From Candidatus Nanogingivalaceae bacterium (GTDB lineage Bacteria; Patescibacteriota; Saccharimonadia; Saccharimonadales; Saccharimonadaceae): a stretch of 32,000 nt of DNA. Shown here one piece after another: positions 1 to 9,358 of this stretch (its first letter is position 1; each line of letters opens with the position of its first letter). The stretch spans positions 60,001-92,000 of the forward strand of contig CP072208.2 in assembly GCA_015257795.3 (NCBI GenBank). The letters are read 5' to 3'. The translations under genes were made by a program, and so were the position numbers. The notes beneath the pieces are model-generated. The model had not been told where the DNA came from and searched no databases. It worked only from the letters and a program-made list of their open reading frames with translations.

Positions 1-296
1 AAGAATCAACATTGGGTGATTTTATTGAAGACGAAGATACTGCAAGCCCAGAAGAATCAGCGACAGTTCAACTTCTAAAAGAGCAAGTTCGCGATATTCT
101 TTCAACACTTTCAGACCGTGAGCGTAAAATCCTCGAAATGCGTTTTGGACTGAACGGCACAAAGAGCCATACGCTTGAAGAAGTTGGTCTTGAATTTGCA
201 GTTACTCGTGAACGAATCCGTCAAATTGAAGCAAAGGCATTAATGAAGTTGAAGAAGCATAAAGATTCGAAAAAACTTCATGAATATTTGGATTAA
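1..296 (+). CDS. rpoD: RNA polymerase sigma-70 factor, C-terminal part; the 5' end lies outside the window
   Basis: The frame is open from base 3 ([12 protein letters not shown]...). The region 4 HTH is present: [15 protein letters not shown] ... [24 protein letters not shown]. Stop is TAA. Confidence 0.9.
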   Translation, partial: ESTLGDFIEDEDTASPEESATVQLLKEQVRDILSTLSDRERKILEMRFGLNGTKSHTLEEVGLEFAVTRERIRQIEAKALMKLKKHKDSKKLHEYLD

Positions 297-317
297 AGTG
301 GTGGAGAAAGGTTTAAA

Positions 318-956
318 ATGAAGGAAAAACTTATACGAATTGCACCAATCTTGCTAATTATCGCGATTGCGATTCTTTCGATCATAACTGTTGTTACAGT
401 AGTGAATGCGCTTATGAATGGTGGAAATAATAATCAATCACAGCAGGCTGGAGATGATTCTTCGAAAGAAGAAGATAAATCGGTTAAAGATTTATTAAGT
501 GTTGAACAGAATCGTAGTGTTAAAATGGCGGTTCGAGGACCAATTGTGGCTCAAGAAAACTTTCGATCTTATACTGTTGAAGTGTCTCCAACTTATCGTA
601 AGCTAATAACTTATAAAGGCTATCTTGATGAAGTTATTAAGGAAGTGAATTTGGGGAATAATTCAGAGTCGTATACTCAATTTGTGAATGCACTCAATAA
701 GGCTAACATGATGAAGGGTGTTGCATTTAGTGGTGCGGCTGATGATCTTGCTGGGGTTTGTGCTACAGGACACCTTTATGATTTCTCAATTTTAAAAGAT
801 GATAATGTACAAAAACATCTTTGGACTACAACTTGTGCAGGCTCTAAAGGTTCATTATTAGCAAACAATAAACAGCTTCAGAATTTGTTTATTTCGCAAG
901 TTCCAGGAAATGAGCAAATTGTGCGTGATCTTGGGATTAATGAGAATAAGCGCTAA
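318..956 (+). CDS. Hypothetical membrane-anchored or secreted protein
   Basis: 212-aa ORF with an N-terminal hydrophobic helix (IAPILLIIAIAILSIITVVTVV) followed by a polar linker. GGAG-like RBS sits upstream (gtggagaaagg). I recognise no family motif. Confidence 0.6.
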   Translation: MKEKLIRIAPILLIIAIAILSIITVVTVVNALMNGGNNNQSQQAGDDSSKEEDKSVKDLLSVEQNRSVKMAVRGPIVAQENFRSYTVEVSPTYRKLITYKGYLDEVIKEVNLGNNSESYTQFVNALNKANMMKGVAFSGAADDLAGVCATGHLYDFSILKDDNVQKHLWTTTCAGSKGSLLANNKQLQNLFISQVPGNEQIVRDLGINENKR

Positions 957-1374
957 AGTTCTATTTTTCGATTGTTTTGGAGTGCTGGTTTTACGCCAGC
1001 CTTCTTCAGAACATATTTTTGAATATGTCTGGAAAAAAGATAAAAATCTTTTAAATTTTATCCGTCAACAGAAGACTAATGGCCTAAAAATTGGAATTAT
1101 TTCTAATGTCGCACAATATCAATTTGATGAGTTTTTTTCCAGAAAAGAGCAAGCAGAACTTTTCGATTTTTTAGTATTATCTGGTGAAGTTGGGTGTGCT
1201 AAACCAAATTCAAGAATTTTTAAAATCGCAATTGAAAAGAGTAATGTTCTACCGAGCGAAATAGCTTTTTTCGATGATTCGATTTTAAATGTTGAATCCG
1301 CCCAAAAAGTGGGGATTCAGGGATTTTTATATAAAAATTGGGAAGATTTTTCAAAGGAATTTAAGGAGGATTAA
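940..1374 (+). CDS. HAD-superfamily hydrolase (subfamily IA-like)
   Basis: Motif I is FFDCFGVL, i.e. D-x-F-G rather than DxDG, which resembles the dehalogenase-type DxYGTL. Motif II is ISN, motif III is AKPNSRIF and motif IV is FFDDS. The start is ambiguous: ATG 910 or ATG 940. I chose 940 because it puts the nucleophile Asp about 11 residues from the N-terminus. Confidence 0.7.
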   Translation: MRISAKVLFFDCFGVLVLRQPSSEHIFEYVWKKDKNLLNFIRQQKTNGLKIGIISNVAQYQFDEFFSRKEQAELFDFLVLSGEVGCAKPNSRIFKIAIEKSNVLPSEIAFFDDSILNVESAQKVGIQGFLYKNWEDFSKEFKED

Positions 1375-2258
1375 TGCCAGAATTACCAGAGGTAGAGACT
1401 GTTGTCAGAGGATTGAATCGATTAATCTTGAAAAAGAAAATTTCGAAAGTAAAACACGATTGGCCTAAAAGTTTTCCAAATGCACCAAAAGATGTTGAAG
1501 ATTTTATGGTTGGTGCTGAGATTTCGAAAGTTAGTCGTCGAGGAAAAGCTATTATTTTAAAATTAAATAATGAATATACGCTTGTGACTCATCTTCGAAT
1601 GACGGGTCAAATGGTTTATCGGGGCGAAGAGAACTGGGGAGCCGGTCACCCGAATGAAGACTTTCTTAATGATCTACCGAATAAATCAACTCGTGTTGAA
1701 ATTGATTTTGAAGATGGAACTAAATTATTTTTTAATGATCAACGCAAATTTGGCTATATGAAATTGTTGCCAGATTTTGAAGTTGAACTTTTACCATTTT
1801 TCCAAAAATTAGGGCCAGAACCGTTAGAGGATAATTTTACGGTGGAAGTTTTAAAGAAGCAACTTTCAAGAAAAAGAAAAAGTATGGTCAAGCCAGTAAT
1901 TTTAGATCAAAGTGTTATTGCCGGTGTGGGGAATATTTACGCCGATGAAGCTTTGTGGCGAGCGAAAATTCATCCTGAAACTCGAATCGAAGATCTTTCG
2001 GAATCTGATTTTGTAAAACTGCACGAAGCTATTCGGTTTGTGATGAATAAATCGATCGAAAAGGGCGGTTCAACAGATCGAAACTATGTTAATGCTGATG
2101 GTTCACGTGGAAATTATCTTGAATATGCTGCAGTTTATCACAAGGATGGCCAACCTTGCAAAAGATGTGGAACGGAAATTTCGAAAATCCGAGTTGGCGG
2201 TCGAGGCACACATTTTTGCCCAAATTGTCAAAAAATAAAGAAAGGGCTTGAAAAATAA
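1374..2258 (+). CDS. mutM: Formamidopyrimidine-DNA glycosylase (Fpg/MutM)
   Basis: N-terminal MPELPEVETV catalytic motif, an H2TH region and a C-terminal zinc finger (CKRCGTEISKIRVGGRGTHFCPNCQ). RBS is aaggagga. The start overlaps the upstream stop (TAATG). Confidence 0.93.
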   Translation: MPELPEVETVVRGLNRLILKKKISKVKHDWPKSFPNAPKDVEDFMVGAEISKVSRRGKAIILKLNNEYTLVTHLRMTGQMVYRGEENWGAGHPNEDFLNDLPNKSTRVEIDFEDGTKLFFNDQRKFGYMKLLPDFEVELLPFFQKLGPEPLEDNFTVEVLKKQLSRKRKSMVKPVILDQSVIAGVGNIYADEALWRAKIHPETRIEDLSESDFVKLHEAIRFVMNKSIEKGGSTDRNYVNADGSRGNYLEYAAVYHKDGQPCKRCGTEISKIRVGGRGTHFCPNCQKIKKGLEK

Positions 2259-3214
2259 TGCTTGGCGGAAAAACAACAATTCTTTATGGCGAAAATTCTT
2301 ATGAGCGAACTGCGAAACTCGCTCAAATGAAAAAGGATGCTGAAAAATCTGGATTTGAGATTCAAAAACAAGAGATCGATGGGCTTTCGAAAAGTGATTT
2401 TGTTAATTTAATTTGCGGAATTAGTCTTTTGGCGGAAAAGCGGTTTGTTTACATTCGAAATCTAAGTGAGAATTCTGAAATTTGGCAAAATCTCGGTGAG
2501 ATTCTCCCGCGGATTTCTACCGATGTTCATTTGTGCATTATTGAAGATAAAATCGATAAACGTTCAACTGTTTATAAATCAATTTTGAAAATTGTTGAGC
2601 TTTATGAATTTAAAGCTATTGCCGCAAAAGATTCGAAGAATTTGGCTGAATTTGCGCGCGCTTTCGGTAAAAAACTTGGGTTGAAAATTGATAACAAAAC
2701 GGCAAATTTCTTAATTTCGTGGGTTGGATTGAATGAATGGTCGATTCGTGATGCGATCGAAAAAATGGCGCTAATTGGTGAAGCGAACGAGCAAAATATT
2801 CGTGAATTCGTACCGCAAAATGTTGAAAGTAATGCTTTTGCAGTTTTCGAAATGATGCTTTCGGGCGATGTTTTAGGTTTGCAAAAAGAAATTTCGAAAT
2901 TAAAAATAACAGATAGGGAAGAAGGTGCTTATAAGTTTTTAGGTTTAATTTCAACGCAAGTTTTTAATTTTTCAGCCTTAAAAATTGGCAAAAGTTCAGG
3001 TAAAACAACGGCAGAAATTGCAAAAGAGATCGGTGCGAATTCTTGGGCTTTAGGAAGACTCGATAATTTTGCGCAAAATATAAGCAATCAACAACTTACA
3101 GCAATTGTTTCGAAAATCTCGCAAATTGATGAAGTTATCAAAAGCGAAAATGTTGATGTTTGGGCAATGATTGAATCAACATTAATTGAGCTTGCAATAT
3201 TTTTAAACCGTTAA
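2258..3214 (+). CDS. holA: DNA polymerase III delta subunit (HolA)-like
   Basis: 318 aa with an N-terminal LYGENSYERT motif. Size and helical C-terminal half are typical of HolA. The start overlaps the mutM stop (ATAATG). Confidence 0.6.
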   Translation: MLGGKTTILYGENSYERTAKLAQMKKDAEKSGFEIQKQEIDGLSKSDFVNLICGISLLAEKRFVYIRNLSENSEIWQNLGEILPRISTDVHLCIIEDKIDKRSTVYKSILKIVELYEFKAIAAKDSKNLAEFARAFGKKLGLKIDNKTANFLISWVGLNEWSIRDAIEKMALIGEANEQNIREFVPQNVESNAFAVFEMMLSGDVLGLQKEISKLKITDREEGAYKFLGLISTQVFNFSALKIGKSSGKTTAEIAKEIGANSWALGRLDNFAQNISNQQLTAIVSKISQIDEVIKSENVDVWAMIESTLIELAIFLNR

Positions 3215-3242
3215 AAATAAGTTTTCGAAAAAAATATTTTTG

Positions 3243-3251
3243 TGATATAAT
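3243..3251 (+). promoter_or_regulatory. Extended -10 promoter element (TGaTATAAT) upstream of ftsK
   Basis: tgatataat at 3243-3251, 11 nt before ATG 3263. No Shine-Dalgarno lies between them. Confidence 0.5.
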
Positions 3252-3262
3252 ATAAAAAGATT

Positions 3263-5518
3263 ATGGCTAAAAAACAAGTGAAAAAAAGCAAAGCTAAAAA
3301 AGCCCCGGCTCCAAAACAAAGTGTTTTACCGGCTGGATTTTGGCCGCAAGTTAGTGCGGTTCTTTTGATTGCGTTTTCATTTTTCTTAATTTTGAGCTGG
3401 TTTGGTGCTGGTGGTGCGGCGCTTACAGCAATTCACCAAGGATTTCTTGGATTCATGGGCTGGGCTGCATTTTTTGTGCCGGCAGTTTTAATCTTTATTT
3501 CGGTTGAAATTTTTCGTGATGAACAAAACCGTTTTCCAGGCTTAAACACTTTTGGTCTTGTACTTATTCTATTCTGGCTTAGTGGTTTCTTTGGGTTATT
3601 TAGAGCTTCTGCTGGAATGCATTATGGCGGTTGGAGCGGTGAAATTTCGAATAAAATTATGTTAGCAATGGTGAACTCTGTTGTTGCGGCGATTATTTAT
3701 TTACTTTTGATTTCAATTACATTGCTTTCGATTTTGCGAGTTTCGCCAATAGTTGTGATTAAGAAAATTAGTGAGATGCTCAAGACTAGCGATTTTGCTA
3801 ATGAATCTAAGAACGCTAAAGTCTTCGAGAAAGCCAAAGAAGCAATGCTTTCGAAAAAGGCTGAAGATTTGAATAATACCGAAAAGCCAGAAATTAAACT
3901 AAACGCAGGTGTTGCGGTTTTGGATAAAAAATCACGTGAAAAGGCTGAACAAAAAGAGAAGAAAGGTTTGATGCGAATTTCGAAAGCCAAGGAAACTTCT
4001 GCTGAAGATTCGAAAAAAGCTGAAAACCACGCGCCAATTTTTGATGATTCAAAATGGCAAGCGCCAGGTTTCGATTTGTTGGAGCATTCACAAAACCCGG
4101 CCGATGCTGGTGATGTTGAACAAAATGCACGAACAATTAAAGATACGCTTAGCGAATTTAATATTGATGTTGAAATGGAAGCCGCAAATATTGGTCCACG
4201 AGTAACACAATATACTTTAGTTCCGCAAAGTGGTGTAAAGCTAAGCCGAATCGAAAATCTTAGCGATAATATTGCGCTAAATTTAGCCGCAGAATCAATT
4301 CGTGTTGAAGCACCGATTCCGGGAAAACGAGCAGTTGGTGTGGAGATTCCAAATTTAAAATCTGCTGATGTTCGACTTTTTGGAGTTTTAGATTCTAAGG
4401 AATGGCGAAACGCTCGAGATCCATTAACTTTTGCAATCGGTAAAGATATCGCTGGTCACCCAGTTGTGGGTAATCTTTCGAAAATGCCGCATCTTTTGAT
4501 TGCTGGTCAAACAGGCTCTGGTAAGTCTGTTATGATGAACGCATTGCTTACAAGCTTGCTTTATCGACATTCACCAAGTGAGTTAAAGCTAATCATGGTT
4601 GATCCGAAAGTTGTGGAAATGACAGCTTACGAGGATATTCCGCATCTGTTAACGCCAATTATTAATGATTCCGAAAAAGCGCTTTCGGCTCTTAAGTGGG
4701 CGGTTAACGAAATGGAACGTCGTTATCGTGTTCTGGCTGACGAGAAAATCAAAGAAATTAAAAGCTATAACAAGCATGTGATTTCTAAAAATGAGAAGAT
4801 TAAAAAATCAACACCGGAGGGTGAAGAGCCTAAATTGCTTGAGCCACTACCCTATATCGTAATTGTTGTTGATGAGCTTGCCGACTTGATGATGGCGGCA
4901 TCAAAGGATGTTGAAGCTATGATTGTGCGAATTGCACAGAAGGCTCGTGCTGTTGGAATTCACCTTGTTCTGGCGACTCAAAAGCCGGTTGTTAGTGTTG
5001 TGACTGGTTTGATTAAAGGAAACGTTCCTAGCCGAATTGCGTTCAAAGTTGCAGCGAACGGTGATTCTAGAACAATTCTCGATCGCGGTGGTGCTGAAAA
5101 GCTTCTTGGAAATGGTGATATGCTGTTCTATATGAATGGTGCGCCAAACTTAAAGCGTGTTCAGGGTGCTTGGGTTACGGACGAAGAAGTCTTGCGAGTT
5201 ACAAACTTTATTCGTTCGCAAGGACCACCTCAATATAATGATGAGGTTATATCGCAGCAAGTTCAACCTGGAGCTATGGGTGGAGTAGTGATGAGTGGCG
5301 GAAGTTCTTCTACGGATGAAACTTTTGAAACAGCTGTTAAGCTTGTCATTGAGGCAAGGAAGGCTTCAACAAGCTATTTGCAACGACGCCTTGGAATCGG
5401 CTATGGTCGTGCTGCGAAATTAATTGACGAAATGGAGGATCGTGGAATTGTTGGTCCACCAAATGGCTCAAAGCCACGCCAAGTGCTTGTTTCTAGCTAT
5501 GAAGAAATCGGTGAATAA
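3263..5518 (+). CDS. ftsK: DNA translocase FtsK/SpoIIIE
   Basis: N-terminal multi-TM region and a charged linker. Walker A is LLIAGQTGSGKS and Walker B is IVIVVDELADLMM. A C-terminal gamma wHTH is present (YLQRRLGIGYGRAAKLIDEMEDRGIVGP). Confidence 0.95.
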   Translation: MAKKQVKKSKAKKAPAPKQSVLPAGFWPQVSAVLLIAFSFFLILSWFGAGGAALTAIHQGFLGFMGWAAFFVPAVLIFISVEIFRDEQNRFPGLNTFGLVLILFWLSGFFGLFRASAGMHYGGWSGEISNKIMLAMVNSVVAAIIYLLLISITLLSILRVSPIVVIKKISEMLKTSDFANESKNAKVFEKAKEAMLSKKAEDLNNTEKPEIKLNAGVAVLDKKSREKAEQKEKKGLMRISKAKETSAEDSKKAENHAPIFDDSKWQAPGFDLLEHSQNPADAGDVEQNARTIKDTLSEFNIDVEMEAANIGPRVTQYTLVPQSGVKLSRIENLSDNIALNLAAESIRVEAPIPGKRAVGVEIPNLKSADVRLFGVLDSKEWRNARDPLTFAIGKDIAGHPVVGNLSKMPHLLIAGQTGSGKSVMMNALLTSLLYRHSPSELKLIMVDPKVVEMTAYEDIPHLLTPIINDSEKALSALKWAVNEMERRYRVLADEKIKEIKSYNKHVISKNEKIKKSTPEGEEPKLLEPLPYIVIVVDELADLMMAASKDVEAMIVRIAQKARAVGIHLVLATQKPVVSVVTGLIKGNVPSRIAFKVAANGDSRTILDRGGAEKLLGNGDMLFYMNGAPNLKRVQGAWVTDEEVLRVTNFIRSQGPPQYNDEVISQQVQPGAMGGVVMSGGSSSTDETFETAVKLVIEARKASTSYLQRRLGIGYGRAAKLIDEMEDRGIVGPPNGSKPRQVLVSSYEEIGE

Positions 5519-5581
5519 TTCGCCGATTTTTTATTTTCGAAAGATATGTTTTTAAAAAAATTATAGTTTAGCAATGTTTTC

Positions 5582-5610
5582 TTGATTTTTCTCTTTTAAA
5601 GTGATATAAT
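5582..5610 (+). promoter_or_regulatory. Sigma-70 type promoter of the rpsF-ssb-rpsR operon
   Basis: TTGATT (5582-5587), a 17-nt spacer, then TGaTATAAT (-10 at 5605-5610). Confidence 0.6.
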
Positions 5611-5668
5611 TTAAAGGAATATTAGCTCAGCTTATTTGAAAGAATAGGCTTTAACCAAAGGAGTAAAA

Positions 5669-5980
5669 ATGAAGGATTACGAACTTACAGTTCTTATTCA
5701 TCCAGATTTCGAAAACGATCTTGATAAAGTTCTAGATAAAATTCGAGGTTTGGTTGCTGCTAACGGCGGTGAAATTGCAAAAGAAGACAACTGGGGTAAG
5801 AAAAAACTTGCTTACACAATTAAAGGTCAAGATTTTGCAATTTATGTTGCTATGGATCTAAAACTTCCAGCAACTGCACCACTAAAAATTAGTAACACTT
5901 TGAATATTACTGACGAAGTTTTGCGATATTTGCTTGTTAAAGCAGAAGAGCGACCAGTTGTAGAATCAGAAGAAAAATAA
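5669..5980 (+). CDS. rpsF: 30S ribosomal protein S6
   Basis: MKDYELTVLIHPD... is a typical S6 N-terminus. RBS is aaggag. The rpsF-ssb-rpsR order is conserved. Confidence 0.93.
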   Translation: MKDYELTVLIHPDFENDLDKVLDKIRGLVAANGGEIAKEDNWGKKKLAYTIKGQDFAIYVAMDLKLPATAPLKISNTLNITDEVLRYLLVKAEERPVVESEEK

Positions 5981-6003
5981 TTTTTTAAGAATAGGATAGA
6001 ATT

Positions 6004-6435
6004 ATGGCTTTTAATAAAGTAATACTAATGGGAAATCTAACTGCAGACCCAGAACTTCGAACAACTCCAAGTGGCCAAAACCTAGCAAGTTTCACTCTTG
6101 CGATCAACCGAACTTGGAATAATGCCAGTGGTGAACGCCAAGAAGAAACAAGTTTTATTAACTGTACTGCTTGGGGAAAAACTGGTGAAACAATTTCGAA
6201 ATATGTTTCGAAAGGTCGCCAATTGCTAGTGAGTGGTCGTTTGCAACAACGAACTTGGCAAGATAAAGATACTGGAAAGAATCGAAGCGCAATTGATGTT
6301 GTAGTTGAAGAATTTAGTTTTGTTAGTGATGGTAGTCGTGGTGGAAGTTCTGCTCCTACTACTAAAGCTGAAGAACCAACTGTTAGCGACGACTTTTCAG
6401 ATGAGCCAATTGATCTATCTGATATCCCATTCTAA
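6004..6435 (+). CDS. ssb: Single-stranded DNA-binding protein
   Basis: NKVILMGNLTADPELR OB-fold N-terminus and an acidic C-terminal tail ending DLSDIPF. Confidence 0.95.
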   Translation: MAFNKVILMGNLTADPELRTTPSGQNLASFTLAINRTWNNASGERQEETSFINCTAWGKTGETISKYVSKGRQLLVSGRLQQRTWQDKDTGKNRSAIDVVVEEFSFVSDGSRGGSSAPTTKAEEPTVSDDFSDEPIDLSDIPF

Positions 6436-6453
6436 ATTTAAAAAGGAGTTAAA

Positions 6454-6654
6454 ATGGCTAAACGATTTAAACGAGAAATCCCAGCGTATTTTGATTACCG
6501 AGATGTTAAAACTTTGCAAAAATTTGTAAACATCTATGGTCAAATTGAGCCAGCTACAAAAACTGGTTTGAGCGCTAAACAACAACGACAATTGACAGTT
6601 GCTATCAAACGTGCACGTCATTTGGCATTGTTGGCATTCGTAACAAATGCTTAA
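6454..6654 (+). CDS. rpsR: 30S ribosomal protein S18
   Basis: 66 aa with [14 protein letters not shown]...[23 protein letters not shown] motifs. RBS is aaaggag. Confidence 0.93.
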   Translation: MAKRFKREIPAYFDYRDVKTLQKFVNIYGQIEPATKTGLSAKQQRQLTVAIKRARHLALLAFVTNA

Positions 6655-6727
6655 TTAAATTTTCGAATCTTCCTTGCTCAAAACTGGGTGGGGAAGATTT
6701 ATTTTAAAAAATATTTTAAGGAGGAAA

Positions 6728-7288
6728 ATGTATCAACCAACTGATTTGAAAAAGGGTGTAGTTTTTCAGCTTGATGGTCAACCATATCGCGTAGTCGAAT
6801 ATAACCAAAAAGTTGTAGGTCGTGGTGGAAGTATTGTAAGCTTAAAAATTAAAAACCTTATCACAGGTGCTTTGCTGCCTAAAACTTTTAAAGGTCAAGA
6901 TAAAGTTGAACCTGCAGAAGTTACAAACAAGAAAGTTCAATATCTTTATAATGATGGTGAAGATTTCCATTTTATGGATCCAGAAACATTTGAACAATTT
7001 CAACTTTCGAAAGATATTATTGACGATGCTGCAGGTTATCTAAAAGAAGCAGAAGAACTAAATCTTCAATTCTTTGATGGAAAAGTTATCAATGTTGAAT
7101 TACCTAAAAATGTTTGGCTTAAAGTCGTTTATACTGAGAATGTGGTGAAGGGCGATACAACTTCAAGCGTCCTAAAAGATGCTGAACTTGAGACTGGTAT
7201 AACGGTTAAAGTTCCTGCATTTATTAAAGAAAATGATATTATTTCAGTTGATACTTCGACTGGCGAATATCGAGAACGACAAAAATAA
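6728..7288 (+). CDS. efp: Translation elongation factor P
   Basis: I set the start at ATG 6728 (MYQPTDLKKG), preceded by aaggagga. The TTG at 6674 given in the ORF track is unlikely. All three EF-P domains are recognisable (DGQPYRVVEY..., HFMDPETFEQ, KVPAFI). Confidence 0.9.
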   Translation: MYQPTDLKKGVVFQLDGQPYRVVEYNQKVVGRGGSIVSLKIKNLITGALLPKTFKGQDKVEPAEVTNKKVQYLYNDGEDFHFMDPETFEQFQLSKDIIDDAAGYLKEAEELNLQFFDGKVINVELPKNVWLKVVYTENVVKGDTTSSVLKDAELETGITVKVPAFIKENDIISVDTSTGEYRERQK

Positions 7289-7300
7289 TTAGATTAATAT

Positions 7301-7335
7301 AAAATAGGCTCAAATTTCAGCCTATTTTATTTTGT
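7301..7335 (+). terminator. Rho-independent terminator after efp
   Basis: aaaataggct / agcctatttt stem with loop caaatttc, followed by a T-rich run. Confidence 0.7.
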
Positions 7336-7386
7336 ATAAAAATATTGAACAGCATGTGATTGCTGGAAATTATGTTAGAAATATAG

Positions 7387-7392
7387 TATAAT
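7387..7392 (+). promoter_or_regulatory. -10 box (TATAAT) 7 nt upstream of the tlyA ATG; likely a leaderless transcript
   Basis: gtataat at 7386-7392 and ATG at 7400. No SD in between. Confidence 0.4.
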
Positions 7393-7399
7393 ATAAGAT

Positions 7400-8122
7400 A
7401 TGAAAATCAGATTAGACAATCTATTAGTAGACAGAAAAATGGTCGAGAGTCGCTCTCAGGCTGAAAGCTATATAAAGCTTGGTAAGGTTGCAGTTGACGG
7501 TATTAAGAGAACTAAACCGGGTTTTTTTGTTGATGTCAATTCTGAATTAAAAATCCTTCAGCAAGTTCAATACGTATCACGAGCAGGATTGAAGCTAGAA
7601 AGTGTGGCTAAAAAAATGCGAATCGATTTTCGTAATAAAACGGTTCTAGATGTTGGCTCGAGTACGGGAGGGTTTACGGATTATTCTTTGAAGAATGGTG
7701 CCAACAAGGTTATTGCTGTTGATGTTGGTACAGATCAGTTACATCCAAAATTAAGGTTGAACAAAAAAGTTGAACTACATGAGAAAACCGATATTCGAAA
7801 CTTTAAAACAGATCAGAAAATCGACGTGGTGGTTATTGATGTTAGTTTTATATCTATAAAGGAAATTCTTCCAAGTGTCGTAAACCTTTCTAATAAGAAC
7901 ACAAAAATAGTGGCAATGGTTAAACCGCAGTTTGAAGCGGGAAGAAATGGAACTGTCAATGGTGTTGTAAAAAATAACTCTTACCGTAGGAAAATTCTTC
8001 AAGATTTTGAAAATTGGTGCCGTTCAAATAATTTATACATAGAGAATAAAAGGGATAGTGAAGTTAAAGGAACAAAAGGTAATCAAGAAAGATTTTATAT
8101 CCTAAGGAAGACTAGCAAATAA
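7400..8122 (+). CDS. tlyA: TlyA-family rRNA 2'-O-methyltransferase (S4 domain + FtsJ fold)
   Basis: S4-like N-terminus (RLDNLLVDRKMVESRSQAESYIKLGKVAVDG). SAM motif VLDVGSSTGGFTDYSL..GA.KVIAVDVG. Confidence 0.88.
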   Translation: MKIRLDNLLVDRKMVESRSQAESYIKLGKVAVDGIKRTKPGFFVDVNSELKILQQVQYVSRAGLKLESVAKKMRIDFRNKTVLDVGSSTGGFTDYSLKNGANKVIAVDVGTDQLHPKLRLNKKVELHEKTDIRNFKTDQKIDVVVIDVSFISIKEILPSVVNLSNKNTKIVAMVKPQFEAGRNGTVNGVVKNNSYRRKILQDFENWCRSNNLYIENKRDSEVKGTKGNQERFYILRKTSK

Positions 8123-8123
8123 A

Positions 8124-8144
8124 AAGACCGAATTTATCGGTCTT
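8124..8144. terminator. Bidirectional terminator hairpin between convergent tlyA and ychF
   Basis: aagaccga / tcggtctt perfect 8-bp stem with a 5-nt loop. A-run upstream and T-run downstream. Confidence 0.7.
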
Positions 8145-8150
8145 TAGTTT

Positions 8151-9227
8151 TTATACATTGAATCTAAATTCAACAACATCATTTGGAGACATCACATAGT
8201 CCTTGCCTTCGGTTCGGATTTTACCGTGGTTTTTAGCTTCTAGTTCGCTACCGCACTCCACTAAATCATTATAGTCTACGACTTGTGCAGCAATGAAACC
8301 TCTTTCGAAATCTGTGTGGATAACGCCAGCTGCCTGTGGTGCAGTCCAGCCTTTTTTGATTGTCCAGGCGTGTACTTCTTTTGGCCCAGCAGTCATGTAG
8401 CTTTGTAATCCTAGGGTGTCGTAAGCTGCGTGGATCATTTGATTGAGCCCAGTTTCTTTTACTCCATAGCTTTCGAGTAAATCTTTTGCATCATTTTCGT
8501 CTAATCCTTTCAATTCTTCTTCAAGTTTTGCGCAAACAAAGATAGATTTTGCAGGTAGAACCATTTTTGCAAGTTCACTTTTTTTCGCGTTATCGACTAA
8601 TGTGTTTTCGTCAACGTTAAAGGCATAAATTACGGGCTTAGCTGTTAATAAGTGCAAATCAGCAATAGCTTCTAAATCTAAATCTTTTATACTTGATAAT
8701 ACATTTCCAGATTGAAGTTGTTCAAGTAATTTGTTCAAGTAATCGGCTTGTTTTCTGAGAGCTGGCTTAGCTTTCGCTTCTTTTTGAAGCTTTGGCAGCC
8801 GGTTTTCGATAGTCTGGATGTCTGCTAGGATTAGTTCAGTATTAATAACTTCAATATCATTTTTTGGATTAACTTCATTTGATACGTGGACGATATCGTT
8901 ATTCACGAAAGCTCGGACGATATGAACGATCGCGTCGCATTGGCGAATATTTGCGAGAAATTTATTTCCTAATCCTTCGCCCTTTGAGGCTCCGGCCACC
9001 AATCCGGCAATATCAACAAAAGTTACTGTTGCTGGAATAATTTTTTGTGAGCCATAAATTTCGGCTAACTTATTTAGACGAGTGTCTGGAACTGGAACAA
9101 TTCCTGTATTTGGCTCAATTGTTGCAAAAGGGTAGTTTGCAGCTAAGATATCATTATTTGTTAGTGCGTTAAAGAGTGTTGATTTACCAACATTTGGCAA
9201 CCCAACGATTCCAATACTTAGACTCAT
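8151..9227 (-). CDS. ychF: Ribosome-binding ATPase YchF (Obg-family GTPase fold)
   Basis: [19 protein letters not shown]-loop, DIAGLV..AS.GEGLGN, and a C-terminal TGS-like domain ([13 protein letters not shown]). Confidence 0.95.
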   Translation of the reverse strand: MSLSIGIVGLPNVGKSTLFNALTNNDILAANYPFATIEPNTGIVPVPDTRLNKLAEIYGSQKIIPATVTFVDIAGLVAGASKGEGLGNKFLANIRQCDAIVHIVRAFVNNDIVHVSNEVNPKNDIEVINTELILADIQTIENRLPKLQKEAKAKPALRKQADYLNKLLEQLQSGNVLSSIKDLDLEAIADLHLLTAKPVIYAFNVDENTLVDNAKKSELAKMVLPAKSIFVCAKLEEELKGLDENDAKDLLESYGVKETGLNQMIHAAYDTLGLQSYMTAGPKEVHAWTIKKGWTAPQAAGVIHTDFERGFIAAQVVDYNDLVECGSELEAKNHGKIRTEGKDYVMSPNDVVEFRFNV

Positions 9228-9322
9228 ATTTCTCCTTGTTTAATAAAAAATTCTTAATGATTATTATATCATATTTTAGCTTTAACTTATAATTTTCAGG
9301 TTATTAATAGTCGTTAAAACTC

Positions 9323-9352
9323 TTGATTTTTTAATTATGTTTATGTTAAAAT
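9323..9352 (+). promoter_or_regulatory. Promoter of the pilus operon
   Basis: TTGATT (9323-9328), an 18-nt spacer, then TGtTAAAAT (-10 at 9347-9352). ATG 9359 is only 6 nt downstream, so a leaderless pilM mRNA is predicted. Confidence 0.55.
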
Positions 9353-9358
9353 GTAAGC

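Noticed and set aside
2616-4136. Minus-strand ORFs of 80-112 aa inside holA and ftsK (2616-2954, 3697-3990, 3894-4136). Similar antisense or off-frame ORFs occur elsewhere, e.g. 6305-6621, 7775-8002, 10083-10463, 11314-11661, 12359-12976, 14826-15267, 20578-20962, 22080-22509 and 23569-24526.
   Set aside because: All lie entirely within, and antisense or out of frame to, strongly supported conserved genes. They have no RBS, show low-complexity or odd composition, and are typical shadow ORFs of AT-rich DNA.
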